Origin: an uncultured Bacteroides sp.
Lineage (GTDB): Bacteria; Bacteroidota; Bacteroidia; Bacteroidales; Bacteroidaceae
Assembly (NCBI GenBank): GCA_958477465.1
Contig: CAUEFX010000010.1
Span: 8,940 to 72,939, forward strand
DNA: 64,000 nt
Direction: 5' to 3'
Each line of letters starts with the position of its first letter. Within the stretch, counting starts at the first letter, position 1. Made by a program: the position numbers and the translations under genes. Positions 22,097 to 32,600 of the stretch are shown here, piece after piece. The notes under the pieces are model-generated. The model searched no databases. It was not told the DNA's origin and was given only the letters and a program-made list of their open reading frames with translations.

Positions 22097-24172
22097 ATGA
22101 AAACAATTTGTATTTGTGAGAAGCCCTCGGTGGCACGCAGCATTGCCCGGGTCCTGGGCGTAACGGAGAAACAGGAAGGATACTTGAGTGGGAACGGATA
22201 TGCCGTCACATGAACTTACGGCCATCTGTTGGCATTGGCCCTGCCTCAAGACTACGGCATTGTCCATGTGGAAAAGGAGATGCTGCCTATTATTCCCGAC
22301 CCGTTCAAACTGGTTGTCCGTCAGATTAAAACCGAAGATGGATACAAGGCTGATCCGACGGCTCTGAAACAATTGGAAGTAATCCGTAAACTGTTGGGTC
22401 AGGCTGATCAAGTGATATCCTGTACTGATGCAGGGCGGGAAGGAGAGTTAATTATGAGATATGTGCTTGAATATCTGGGATATCATAAGGAAACCAAACG
22501 CTTGTGGATATCTTCCATGACAGAAAAATCGATACGGGAAGGATTTGATAGCCTCAAATCAAGTAAGGAGTTTGACAACCTGTACCGTGCCGCTAAAGCC
22601 AGGAGAGAATCAGATTGGGTCGTCGGTATGAATGCCAGCCTGTCTTTGAGCATGGCTGCAGGCAAGAGTAACTATTCTCTGGGAAGAGTACAGACACCGG
22701 CACTTGGCATGATTTGCCGTCGATATCTGGACAACAGGGATTTTATAGCCAAACCCTATTATCTGCTACAGCTACGGACAACGAAAGCAGGGAAAGAACT
22801 CGTCTTAACCTGTACCGGGAAATATGATACACCGGAAAAACTCGATGTGGACCGTAAAAAAGTGTATGAAGAGACGACAGCCAAAGTGGTGCAAGTGGAG
22901 AAGAAAGAGGTTCCAGAAGAAGCTCCGCTACTTTATGACCTGACCGCCCTGCAACGAAGTGCCAATACCAAACTCGGACTGACCGCAGAACAGACGCTGA
23001 ACATTGCTCAAAAATTATATGAAGGAGGCTACATTTCGTATCCCCGTACCGGATGTAGCTATATCACAGAAGACATCTTCGAACAAGTCCCTTCCCTCAT
23101 CGGCCTGCTTAAGCAACATCCCCGTTTCACATGGCATGCGGAAAACCTCTGTAACCAGCCTTTAAACCGGCACTGTGTGGACGATAGCAAGATGACGGAC
23201 CATCATGCGTTAATCATTACGGAGAACTATCCCCAGAGGCTTTCCCTTGACGAGCAGAATATCTATTCCATGATCGCGGGACGCATGTTGGAGGCTTTCT
23301 CCGGCAAATGCCTGAAAGAAACGGTATCCGTACAAGCGGACTGTAACGGCGTTCTTTTCGGGATAAAAGGAAGCCAAATCAAAGTTCCGGGGTGGAGAGG
23401 CATCTATAACGAACCCAGTGAGAAAGAAGAAGGAAGTCTTCTGCCCGAATTTCAGGAAGACGAAATATTGCCCGTGCTCGGTATTGATACATTGGTCAAG
23501 AAAACCAAACCGCAGCCCATATTCACTGAGGCAAGCCTGCTTGCTGCGATGGAAGGTTGTGGCAGAACATTGGACGATGAAAAGGAAAAAGAGGCAATGG
23601 AGGATTCCGGCTTGGGTACACCGGCTACACGTGCCGGAATCATCGAACTGCTCATTGCCAGACACTACGTGGAAAGAAACGGACGGTCACTGATTCCCAC
23701 TCCCAAAGGACTGGAAGTATATGATATTGTAAAAGAGAAGATGATCGCCAACGTGAGCATGACCGGAGGGTGGGAATGCGCCTTGCATGAAATCGAAACC
23801 GGCAAAGTTTCCACGGAAACATTTACTCAGAGCATCAATTCCTATACCCAACAAATCACCTCGGAACTGCTTGCCCTGAAACTTAACCATCCGGACTTGC
23901 CACATTGTAACTGCCCCAAATGCGGAGCAGAAACGATTATCGTCTTTAACAAGGTCGCCAAATGCAGCGATCCCAATTGTGGGTTCCTGTTATTTAGAAC
24001 GTTCAACGGCAGGGAACTGACGGATAATCAGATGCTCCTGCTGCTATCGGGGAAACGTACCGGATATCTGAAGTTTACCAGCAAGAAAGGAAAGAAGTAT
24101 GAGGCATCACTCGAGCTGGATGACAATTACAGGATTGAGATGACTTTCAAGGATAATAAACCTAAAAAATAA
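22097..24172 (+). CDS. topB: DNA topoisomerase III (type IA, ICE-type), in-frame TGA at 22211-22213
   Basis: MKTICICEKPSVAR...YAVT*TYGHL joins ORF 22229-24172 (TDAGREGE, GRVQTP, ISYPRT, GLGTPATRA, Zn ribbon). Confidence 0.9.
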
Positions 24173-24183
24173 AGAAGCGACTT

Positions 24184-24402
24184 ATGAAAAAAGAAATGGA
24201 AGAGATACCGGATGAACTGAATCCGGACTTAATGCTGAATACGATTGCTTCCGAACTGCTGATCAAGATAGCCAAAGGGGAGATTGATATCCAGAAGCTG
24301 GTCAGGAAACAACTCTCGGACAGGGGAATCGATGACCAACGGAACTGGATAGGACCGGACAAGGCAAGAAAATATTGGGAGAAATATAAGATGCCTGTCT
24401 AA
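24184..24402 (+). CDS. Small hypothetical protein
   Basis: 72 aa ORF directly after topB. Confidence 0.6.
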   Translation: MKKEMEEIPDELNPDLMLNTIASELLIKIAKGEIDIQKLVRKQLSDRGIDDQRNWIGPDKARKYWEKYKMPV

Positions 24403-24436
24403 ACCAAGTCAGTCAGGATAAGAAGATAATTGCAGG

Positions 24437-24844
24437 TTATTCAATCCGTTTGTAGGCCAGCCTGCAAATACCGGATCTGAAACATTTGTTCCCGGTCATT
24501 TCCCATGAGGAAGGACCGGGAATTTCTGTAAACAGACGTATGCCGTCCCCTTGGATATACGGTGCGACAAAAAGGATGATTTCATCCACCAACCAGTATC
24601 TGAACATGCTGCTTATAACGGAAATTGTATCCGGAGCCGCTTCTATGAAATAAATACCTTCATTTTTCTTTTTCCATTGTGTCAATGAGATGAAAGATAC
24701 ATCCGGCCCGAGAGTCTGTGTAGCACGTTCCCGTATTTTGGTGAGGCCATATTTGTTCGGATTATCCCACAAAGGGGAAGAAACAGTCCTGTCGAAGAGG
24801 TATCCGTCAAGAGTAGTGATTGCAAGTAATTGGAGTTTTGCCAT
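24437..24844 (-). CDS. RibD-C/dihydrofolate reductase-like protein
   Basis: MAKLQLLAITTLDGYL start; LVDEIILFVAPYIQGDGIRLF motif. Confidence 0.7.
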   Translation of the reverse strand: MAKLQLLAITTLDGYLFDRTVSSPLWDNPNKYGLTKIRERATQTLGPDVSFISLTQWKKKNEGIYFIEAAPDTISVISSMFRYWLVDEIILFVAPYIQGDGIRLFTEIPGPSSWEMTGNKCFRSGICRLAYKRIE

Positions 24845-25265
24845 AAGTATAATATTTAACCTATAAATATTATTCGGCAGAAGTATTTGAGAAAGCGTGG
24901 CCTTACCCAACTCCAAGACGGAGGTTCTGGTAAACCTATGAATAGTAGCTGTGTAAGCCACGCTATGACAAAGCATAGCATAAGCAATACACAAAAAGCC
25001 TCTATTCATTGAAATTTACCAGATTTCCGTCTTGAGACATTCTGCGAATGTTATGTCTATATCTAATTGGAAGGCTATTGCCTGCCATTTAAATCTATAT
25101 TTCGTTCCAAAGATACTCATATTTCTGATTTCTCCGAAGAAATCCATATCATAAAGAAATGTGGCAGGGCAAAAAAGGAAAAAAGATGAAAGAGTTACCA
25201 TTTGTATAAGGGATGTCGGATTTCACGACTCCCCCGTTAAATAAAAAGTATAAGAAAAGCTACGC

Positions 25266-25299
25266 TGACAAAAAATGACTATTAATGACTATTAACGAC
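25266..25299 (+). promoter_or_regulatory. Phased (T/C)GAC boxes upstream of the excisionase operon (candidate RteC site)
   Basis: TGAC at 25266, 25276, 25286 and CGAC at 25296. Confidence 0.6.
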
Positions 25300-25382
25300 A
25301 CTGGAAACTAAACGATTGATTTATAGTAATATTCCCTTTATCTTGCACCCAATTTCATTATTCACAATTTAATTTATAAATC

Positions 25383-25670
25383 ATGGAACTGACAATTATC
25401 GAAACAAGTGCTTATCAGGACTTGAAGAAACAACTAAGTATGCTGTCCGTGCAAATGATGGACTTTCAAAAGAAAATAGCCCCCGTAACACCGGACAAGT
25501 GACTGGATGCGCAGGATGTGTGCCTGGCTCTCAATATTTCCAAAAGGGCACTGCAGACTTACCGGGATAACGGGCTGATTCCTTATTCTAATATCGGTGG
25601 AAAATTCTTTTATAAAGAAGTGGACATCCAGCAAATTCTGGAGGAAGGACTAATCAAAAAAAGAAAATAA
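25383..25670 (+). CDS. Excisionase-like HTH protein, in-frame TGA at 25500-25502 (absent from the ORF track)
   Basis: MELTIIETSAY...PDK*LDAQDVCLALNISKRALQTYRDNGLIPYSNIGGKFFYK...TAA; 95 codons. Confidence 0.85.
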
Positions 25671-25675
25671 AGAGT

Positions 25676-25987
25676 ATGGCAGACATTATCACTAAAGATT
25701 CGGAAGAGTTCAAGGAACTTACCGGATGGATCAAACGGACAGGAAAAAATCTGGAGGCTGCTGCGGCACGGATACGTCCGACGATTGCAGACGAACATTA
25801 TCTGAGTGGAGATGAGGTATGCCGGATGCTTCATGTTTCCAAGCGTACATTACAAACACTACGGGATGAAAAGGCAATACCTTATACCTCAATTACCTCT
25901 GTCGGGGGTAAACTGCTCTATCCGGAAAGCGGGCTATACGAGGTACTAAAAAAGAACTATAAAGATTTCAGGCGTTACTTGAAATAA
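25676..25987 (+). CDS. Second excisionase-like HTH protein (intact)
   Basis: YLSGDEVCRMLHVSKRTLQTLRDEKAIPY. Confidence 0.85.
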   Translation: MADIITKDSEEFKELTGWIKRTGKNLEAAAARIRPTIADEHYLSGDEVCRMLHVSKRTLQTLRDEKAIPYTSITSVGGKLLYPESGLYEVLKKNYKDFRRYLK

Positions 25988-26005
25988 GCAACCTGCCTGA
26001 ATACG

Positions 26006-26042
26006 AAAAACACCCTTCAACATTTGCTGAAGGGTGTTTTTT
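26006..26042. terminator. Bidirectional terminator between xis and int
   Basis: AAAAACACCCTTCA...TGAAGGGTGTTTTT. Confidence 0.75.
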
Positions 26043-26052
26043 CATACTTATT

Positions 26053-27282
26053 CTAATTGGCCAAGCGATACACGGAACCAATCTTGTCGCACATCCTATC
26101 CGTATCTTCCCCAACCTTCGGATTGATCAGTTCAGCATAGACTTGTGTGGAAAGAATCGATTTGTGTCCTAATACTTTTTGCAAAGTTTCTAACGGCATG
26201 CCTTTCAATATAGCCAAAACTGCAAAGGTATGTCTCCCGATATGAGGGGTGATATTTACATTACAATCACACTTTTTCCCTAAAACCTTAAAACTACTTT
26301 TCATGGTTTCATAATCACCGACGGGGAAAACGCAATCAGGAGAATCTTTCTTTTTGTTATCACCCTTATACTTTTCTACAAGTTCAATTGCTATAGGTAA
26401 TAATTTCACGACGTATGCTACGCCTGTTTTTATACGGTTTCCCATGAGCCATGTGCCACCATCAGAATCTGTATGGATATTCTTATAAGTAATTGCTTTC
26501 AGATCTGCGAAGGCGAGGCCTGTGAAGCACATGAAAAGTAGCATGTCACGCATAGCCTGCTGACGTTTATACCTCAATTCTACATGTATAAGCCTCTGCA
26601 GTTCTTCTTCAGAGAGAAATGAACGTCTTTTATATCCCGGCTTACATCCAAAACCCGTGAAGGGATGAACTTTTATTAAACCTTTCTCTTGAGCGATATG
26701 CATTAGCCATTTCATGGTATTAACACGTCCGAATGCTGTAGAACTGGCCGAGCCGCATGTGCCCAACATCCAATTATAATAGTCTTCAATAAAATCTTTG
26801 TCAAGTTCATCAAGTGCAATGTCCTCAACATTCTTTTTGTCTTTCAAAAAAAGCAATGCGCTCTTATAATCGGCTACTAAACCAAGATAGGTGCTTTTTG
26901 CCTTTTCCTTGCCTACTTTCTCCTTGTATGACTCAAGCTGTTCCCTGAAAAGCTCCATAAGGGTGTGGGAATCTTCTTTAAAACCGACATAGCGGCTATA
27001 GACTTTCTTGGCTGTGACAAAACTGTCATGATCGCATATGTATTGGTAATGCTTGGCAATTTGGGCTTTGGCATTATCAAGTTCCTGGTTTAACATTCTA
27101 GCTTCTTCGGATTTCCCTTTAGCCCTATTAGCTTTGGCGTCCCATAAAGAAATAGACACCTCCTTCTTACAGCTAAAGCAAGCTGTGGTCTTGTTGATGG
27201 TAATACGTCCCATTACAGGTACTTTACCATTCTTAATCGATTGATTTTTAGTGTAAAACAACACTCTGAATGTACTTCTCAT
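26053..27282 (-). CDS. int: Tyrosine recombinase/integrase (Bacteroides IntDOT-like)
   Basis: MRSTFRVLFY arm-binding N-terminus, FTGLAFADL, HIGRHTFA, LGHKSILSTQVYA. Confidence 0.92.
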   Translation of the reverse strand: MRSTFRVLFYTKNQSIKNGKVPVMGRITINKTTACFSCKKEVSISLWDAKANRAKGKSEEARMLNQELDNAKAQIAKHYQYICDHDSFVTAKKVYSRYVGFKEDSHTLMELFREQLESYKEKVGKEKAKSTYLGLVADYKSALLFLKDKKNVEDIALDELDKDFIEDYYNWMLGTCGSASSTAFGRVNTMKWLMHIAQEKGLIKVHPFTGFGCKPGYKRRSFLSEEELQRLIHVELRYKRQQAMRDMLLFMCFTGLAFADLKAITYKNIHTDSDGGTWLMGNRIKTGVAYVVKLLPIAIELVEKYKGDNKKKDSPDCVFPVGDYETMKSSFKVLGKKCDCNVNITPHIGRHTFAVLAILKGMPLETLQKVLGHKSILSTQVYAELINPKVGEDTDRMCDKIGSVYRLAN

Positions 27283-27543
27283 AACTCAACTTTTTTAGTT
27301 ACAAATTTAATTACTGTTGAGGTATTTGAAGTTATGAAGAATAATGCAATATATTGAAAACTAATGCCTTATATCCGATTAGTAGGCAAATTGGAAGAGG
27401 TAACAGATAAGTAACATAACTCACTCCCAAATATGCTCTATTTAGCTTTATTCACCACATCCGATTAAAACATTAGTTTTATAACTATTTGAATTTTAAT
27501 AGGTTTGCACTATATTTGCGCATCTTGAAAAAACACTTTGTTT

Positions 27544-27574
27544 CTCGTAGAGGAACGACTCGTTCCTCTACGAG
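27544..27574. repeat. Perfect 15-bp-arm palindrome near the element's right end
   Basis: CTCGTAGAGGAACGA-C-TCGTTCCTCTACGAG, within an outer AAAACACTTT...AAAGTGTTTT inverted repeat. Confidence 0.8.
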
Positions 27575-27927
27575 GAACCATAAGAGTCTCTACGGGGAAA
27601 GTGTTTTCTTCCTTGTCGGGGTCGCTTTTTTCACTAACAACAGTCGAATTTCAAACTGTTTTGAAATGGAATAAAGGAGGATATGCGCATGTTTTGAAGA
27701 TAAATTGCAATCAATATACGGAAATAGCAATCTTTCCTATTGTCAATCATTTATATTGATAGCTTTTTGGAATGCCTAATATGAAAATGCCGGAGCTTTT
27801 TTGCATCAACCCGATCTCTTGCTTTAATTAAGAGATACAGCACTGGATTAAAATATCATATTGACATTTTGAATCTGTGCTGCATCTGTCAGACGTAGTC
27901 CGAACTTGATGACATGATTGGAATCTG

Positions 27928-28545
27928 TTATCTGTGTATCATATTTTTGGTAATACTTACACTTTGACGGACATAGAGTGTGTCATCTTTTATAAGACGA
28001 ACGGCAAGTTCGACAACGGACGGGATGGTCGAAACGTACCCTTTCGCCTGTTCGCCTTTGAATGTCAGTGTGAAGTCATCCTTGTCTCCATCCTGCAAAT
28101 ATCCCGGTCGAAGTATCGTGTAATCTAAACTGCTGCCCTCTACAATATCTGCCGCTTTGCGATTGGGGATTTGGTCGGGATTGTTTCTTACATTGTCCTC
28201 ATCATCCATATATGTGGGAATTTCATCATAGATTCCTACAGCTCCCATAAAAATAAGGCGGCGTAAACCGGTTTCCTTCATGGCTGATATTGTATTTTCA
28301 ATGATAACGGGCAAGTCATCGCCTGATATGGCGCAATACACAACATGGCAACCCCGCATCACTTGTTGTAAATCTTCCGGTTTCATGGCATCACAATCAA
28401 CGATGTGACATTGCTCACTCTCGTGATAGCAGGTGGAAACATGGCGGGATACAAGTGTCAAATGACAGTCTTTATCATTACTCAACCTCTTGACAAGAGC
28501 TTTCCCGAATGTTCCGGATGCTCCTAAAATCAGTATTCTTTTCAT
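27928..28545 (-). CDS. NAD(P)H-binding Rossmann-fold oxidoreductase
   Basis: ILILGASGTFG, DYTILRPG. Confidence 0.85.
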   Translation of the reverse strand: MKRILILGASGTFGKALVKRLSNDKDCHLTLVSRHVSTCYHESEQCHIVDCDAMKPEDLQQVMRGCHVVYCAISGDDLPVIIENTISAMKETGLRRLIFMGAVGIYDEIPTYMDDEDNVRNNPDQIPNRKAADIVEGSSLDYTILRPGYLQDGDKDDFTLTFKGEQAKGYVSTIPSVVELAVRLIKDDTLYVRQSVSITKNMIHR

Positions 28546-28665
28546 TGTCTTATCTGTTTTTAATGCAAAATTACAGGCTTACGATTAAAGAGACCGTAGG
28601 GAAATACTGAAATAGAAGCCAATTTTACTGATAGTTGAAATAATTGGTTATTTTTGTACCTGCGA

Positions 28666-29573
28666 TGGTACTGAATTATGATATAGAGGTGAAAAATGTA
28701 CACGACTACAATGAATTTGTGGGCGTAGAGGGATTGCATCCTCATGTCAGTGTAATTCATTACGATGAATTACCACCTATCCGGCATTGCCGCACGTTAT
28801 GGGGCGTGTATGGGCTGTTTCTTTTGGACGATGATTCGGAGAGGCTCGGCTATGGTTCGGGAACATACGATTACTCCATTGGAAGCATTGTATGTGTTTC
28901 TCCGTCCCAAATCGGCGGCGTGGCAGATGACGGTACTACCTTTCAGCGCAAAGGATGGGCATTGCTGTTCAGTCCGGAACTGTTTCATGGTACGGATTAC
29001 GAGAAAAAGTTGCTTCGTGCGGAGTTTTTCCATTACCACGTGAACAAGGCTCTTTTCATCACTGCCTCTGAACAGCAGGATTGTGAAACTCTTCTCCGAA
29101 TGCTCCGGCAGGAATTGGCGGAATACAAGCGTGAGGATGTAGTGGTGAAACTGATAGAATTGATACTTGCTTATTGCTCGTCTTTCTTCAACAGGCAGTA
29201 TCCGATAGAGAGTGGAGGCAAATGCAATCACATTGTCAGCAGGTTGGAACATCTGTTGGATGATTACTACACAACGGGAGAACAGTTCTCCAAAGGATTG
29301 CCTACAGTTCGGTTTTGCGCAGATTGTCTGTGTGTCGCCCCCAATTATCTCGGTGATCTGATCCGACAGGAAACTGGGGATTCTGCAAACCACTTTATTG
29401 GTCGCAATGTCATTCGCCGGGCTAAAAATTTGTTGCTATCCGGCAAATCGGTTACGGAAACCTCCTATGAACTCGGATTTGATTTCCCATCACATTTAAG
29501 CCGTCTTTTCAATCGTTTGGAAGGGATTACTCCATCTGTGTATGTAAGGAAATGTAACTTGAAAAAAGAATGA
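28666..29573 (+). CDS. AraC-family transcriptional regulator (start approximate)
   Basis: C-terminal PNYLGDLIRQETG...SYELGFDFPSHLSRLF HTH pair; divergent from the oxidoreductase. Confidence 0.88.
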
Positions 29574-29682
29574 ATAGAAGGGGAGCTAAAGCCCCTTTGT
29601 AACAAAATCACCCCTGCTACAGACTGTTTTGACATCTGTGACAGGGGTGATTGTGGCTTTGGTATTTTATATACTAAGTTGA

Positions 29683-32600
29683 TTATCTTTTATCAACCAA
29701 AGATTTTATATATACCTTGGATACCTCGACTGTACCATCCTCATAAATGGTCTTAATAATATTGAAGCCGGATACGGGGCGTGGCAATACTGTACCGTTT
29801 AGAGAATAATACTCTTTTCTAAGAACTCTTTTTTCAGAAGTTTGGTCTTTTATGCCGACACCGCTATCTGCTACATTGAATGTAATATTCAAAACAGATT
29901 CAGAGGTGGTTATTACCAATGTGTATTTACCGGCAGCGAGTTCTTCTCCCTCTCTGTTCAGAGTCAGTACATTCTCTGCGTATGATGTGTTCAGCACTTG
30001 GTCTTTCACCGGTTCATCCTCCAGTTTCAATGCCACAGAGACGTTGTCCTCTTCTACGATATTACGGTTGAATGTGACAGTGAATGTTTTCGTATCTCTG
30101 TCGATGTCAGCCTCTTCTCCATTGCCGAAGTCCATAGCCGGTGTAGTAGATACGATCTCCAGTTCCGGTAACCACGGTTTCACATTGAATGTAATGTTCA
30201 AAACTGATTCGGAAGTGGTTACTACCAATGTGTATTTACCTCCCGGCAGTCTTTCTCCCTCTCTGCTCAGAGTCAGTACATTTTCAGTATATGATGCGTT
30301 CAGCACCTGGTCTTTCACCGGTTCGCCTTCTTGTTTCAATGCCACAGAGACGTTGTCCTCTTCTACGATATTACGGTTGAATGTGACAGTGAATGTTTTT
30401 GTATCCCTGTCGATGTCAGCTTCTTCTCCATTACCGAAGTCCATAGCCGGTGTGGTGGATACAATCTCCAGGTCAGGAAGCCAGGTAGAGATGACAAAGT
30501 TCTTCCAATAGTTCGCTTCTTTATAATCATCGACCAATGCTTCCGGAACAAAGATTTTGCAGGTTGCCGGCACATTGGTAAATGTGTTGCTGCTTGCCGT
30601 CGGTACGGATTGGGATTTGATATAAATACTTTCCAGAGCAGAGCAACCATTGAATGTATAGGTTGCTACAGAGGTGATTATACCTTTTGCCACTACTTTT
30701 TTCAAAAGAGAAGCATTACGGAATAAATTGGTTTCAAGTTTGGTGATACCGCTTCCTAAGATAACTTCTTCCAAAGCAGAACAGCCGTAGAAAGCCGAAC
30801 CTCCTAAAGAGGTAATATTGTCGGGGAGCACAACGGACGTCAACCCTTTACAGCCATAAAATGCACTTGTACCAATGGTGGTAATGGCTTTTGTCAGAGG
30901 GATTTCTTTTAGCTTCTGGCAATTATAAAAGACGGAATTGCCTATGCTTTTGATATTTTCTGAAAGCTCTACAGCCTGCAGACTGCTGCATCCGTAGAAT
31001 AGATAATTCGGCAATGCAGTCATTCCCGAGCCTATCTTGGCATGAGTGATTCCGGTGCAATTCTGGAATACATAAGTTCCCAGTGAGGTAATCTGGTCCG
31101 GTATTTCTATCGATGTCAGTTTTTTACATTCTTTAAATGCGTAATTATCAATTTTAGTGATGTTGGCAGTTAAAGGAAGCGCAGTCAAAGAGGTTCCGGC
31201 AAACGCATATTGCCCGATAAAGGTAATGTTCTCCGGCAAAACAACGGTTGCTAAATTGGAGCAATTGTTGAAAGTGTTATTAGGAACACGGGAGATTCCG
31301 GTGCCGAATGTGGCAGATAAAAGTCCTGTACAACCGTCGAAGATACCGGTACCCATGCTGGCTACACTGTTGGGAATTGTTACTGACGTAATAGCCTTAC
31401 AGCTTTTGAATGCCCCATTGTTTAATGCTGTGATGTTGTTGTTTAGCGGTATGTCTTTTAATACAGTACATGAAGCGAATGCGCTTGCCCCTATGGTTGT
31501 TACTGAAGGACATTCGATGCTGCTTAGCTGTGAACAGGAATTGAAGGTATAATCTTCAATTTTGGTGATACCGGTTCCGAGAACTGCCGAACTTAGATTC
31601 TTACAGTTGCTGAACGCATAGCTGCCCAGGCTGGTAACACTGTTCGGTATATTCAGCGTTTTTACAGAAACCCCATAAAATGCCCGGCTACCGATTTTTT
31701 GCAGGCCGTTATTGAATTCGATGCTGCTTAACGGACAATAGTAGAAAGCCCAATCACCGATGACCTTGGTTGTAGAGGGCAAGGTGAGCGAGGGCAGTTG
31801 TGTGTTTGAGAATGCCCGGTCACCGATTGTCTCAATGGATGAACCGAATGTGACAGCAGCCAATTTTTTACAATCGGAGAAAGCATAATTACCGATGGAG
31901 ACAAGTCCGTTTCCTAATGAAACAGATGTCAGGGCTTCGCACTTGTTGAACGCATAGTTGCCGAGAGCAGTCACTTTATCAGGTATTTCCAGTGTGTTTA
32001 TTTTGGTACATCCGTCAAAAGCATAGTTTCCGATACTCATTGATGATGATTCTAATACAGACAGATTCGATTCACCGTTTTCAAAAGTAACGGTAGCAAG
32101 TTCTGTACATCCCGAGAAAGCATAGTCTCCTATCGAAGTAAGAGTCTTGGGGAAAGTGATGGAAGTTAATGCCGTACATCCGTTGAACGCAGCGTCTCCG
32201 ATAGAACTGATTTGACCCAATTCTACATTGGTTAAGGATGAACATCCGTTGAATGAACGGGTTCCAACGTTTTGAATGGCAGATGGCAATACGATATTTT
32301 TCAAAGCGCTACATCCCAAGAAAGTGGAATCGCCCAGCTCTGTTATTGATTTTCCTAACGTGACGGAAGCCAGTTTCCCGCAACCCTTAAATGTCAAAGA
32401 ACCGACGGTCTCTACATTGTCGGGGAGAGTGATGTCTGCCAGTACCGCACAATTTTCGAAGGCTGCCCGCCCGATACTTTTTAATTTTTTATTTATCGTG
32501 ATGGATGTGAGGGCAGAGCATCCGCTAAAGGCTTCAGCGCCTATATACTCTACTTCATCAGGTAATATCATTGAGGACAATGCCGTACAACCTTCAAAAG

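Noticed and set aside
24845..25009. N-terminal extension of the DHFR-like ORF to 25009
   Set aside because: Family-like sequence begins at MAKLQ (24844); the upstream part coincides with the structured leader.
29874..30483. Diversity-generating retroelement TR/VR pair
   Set aside because: Both copies are in-frame domains of one protein, differences are not confined to adenines, and no reverse transcriptase is present.
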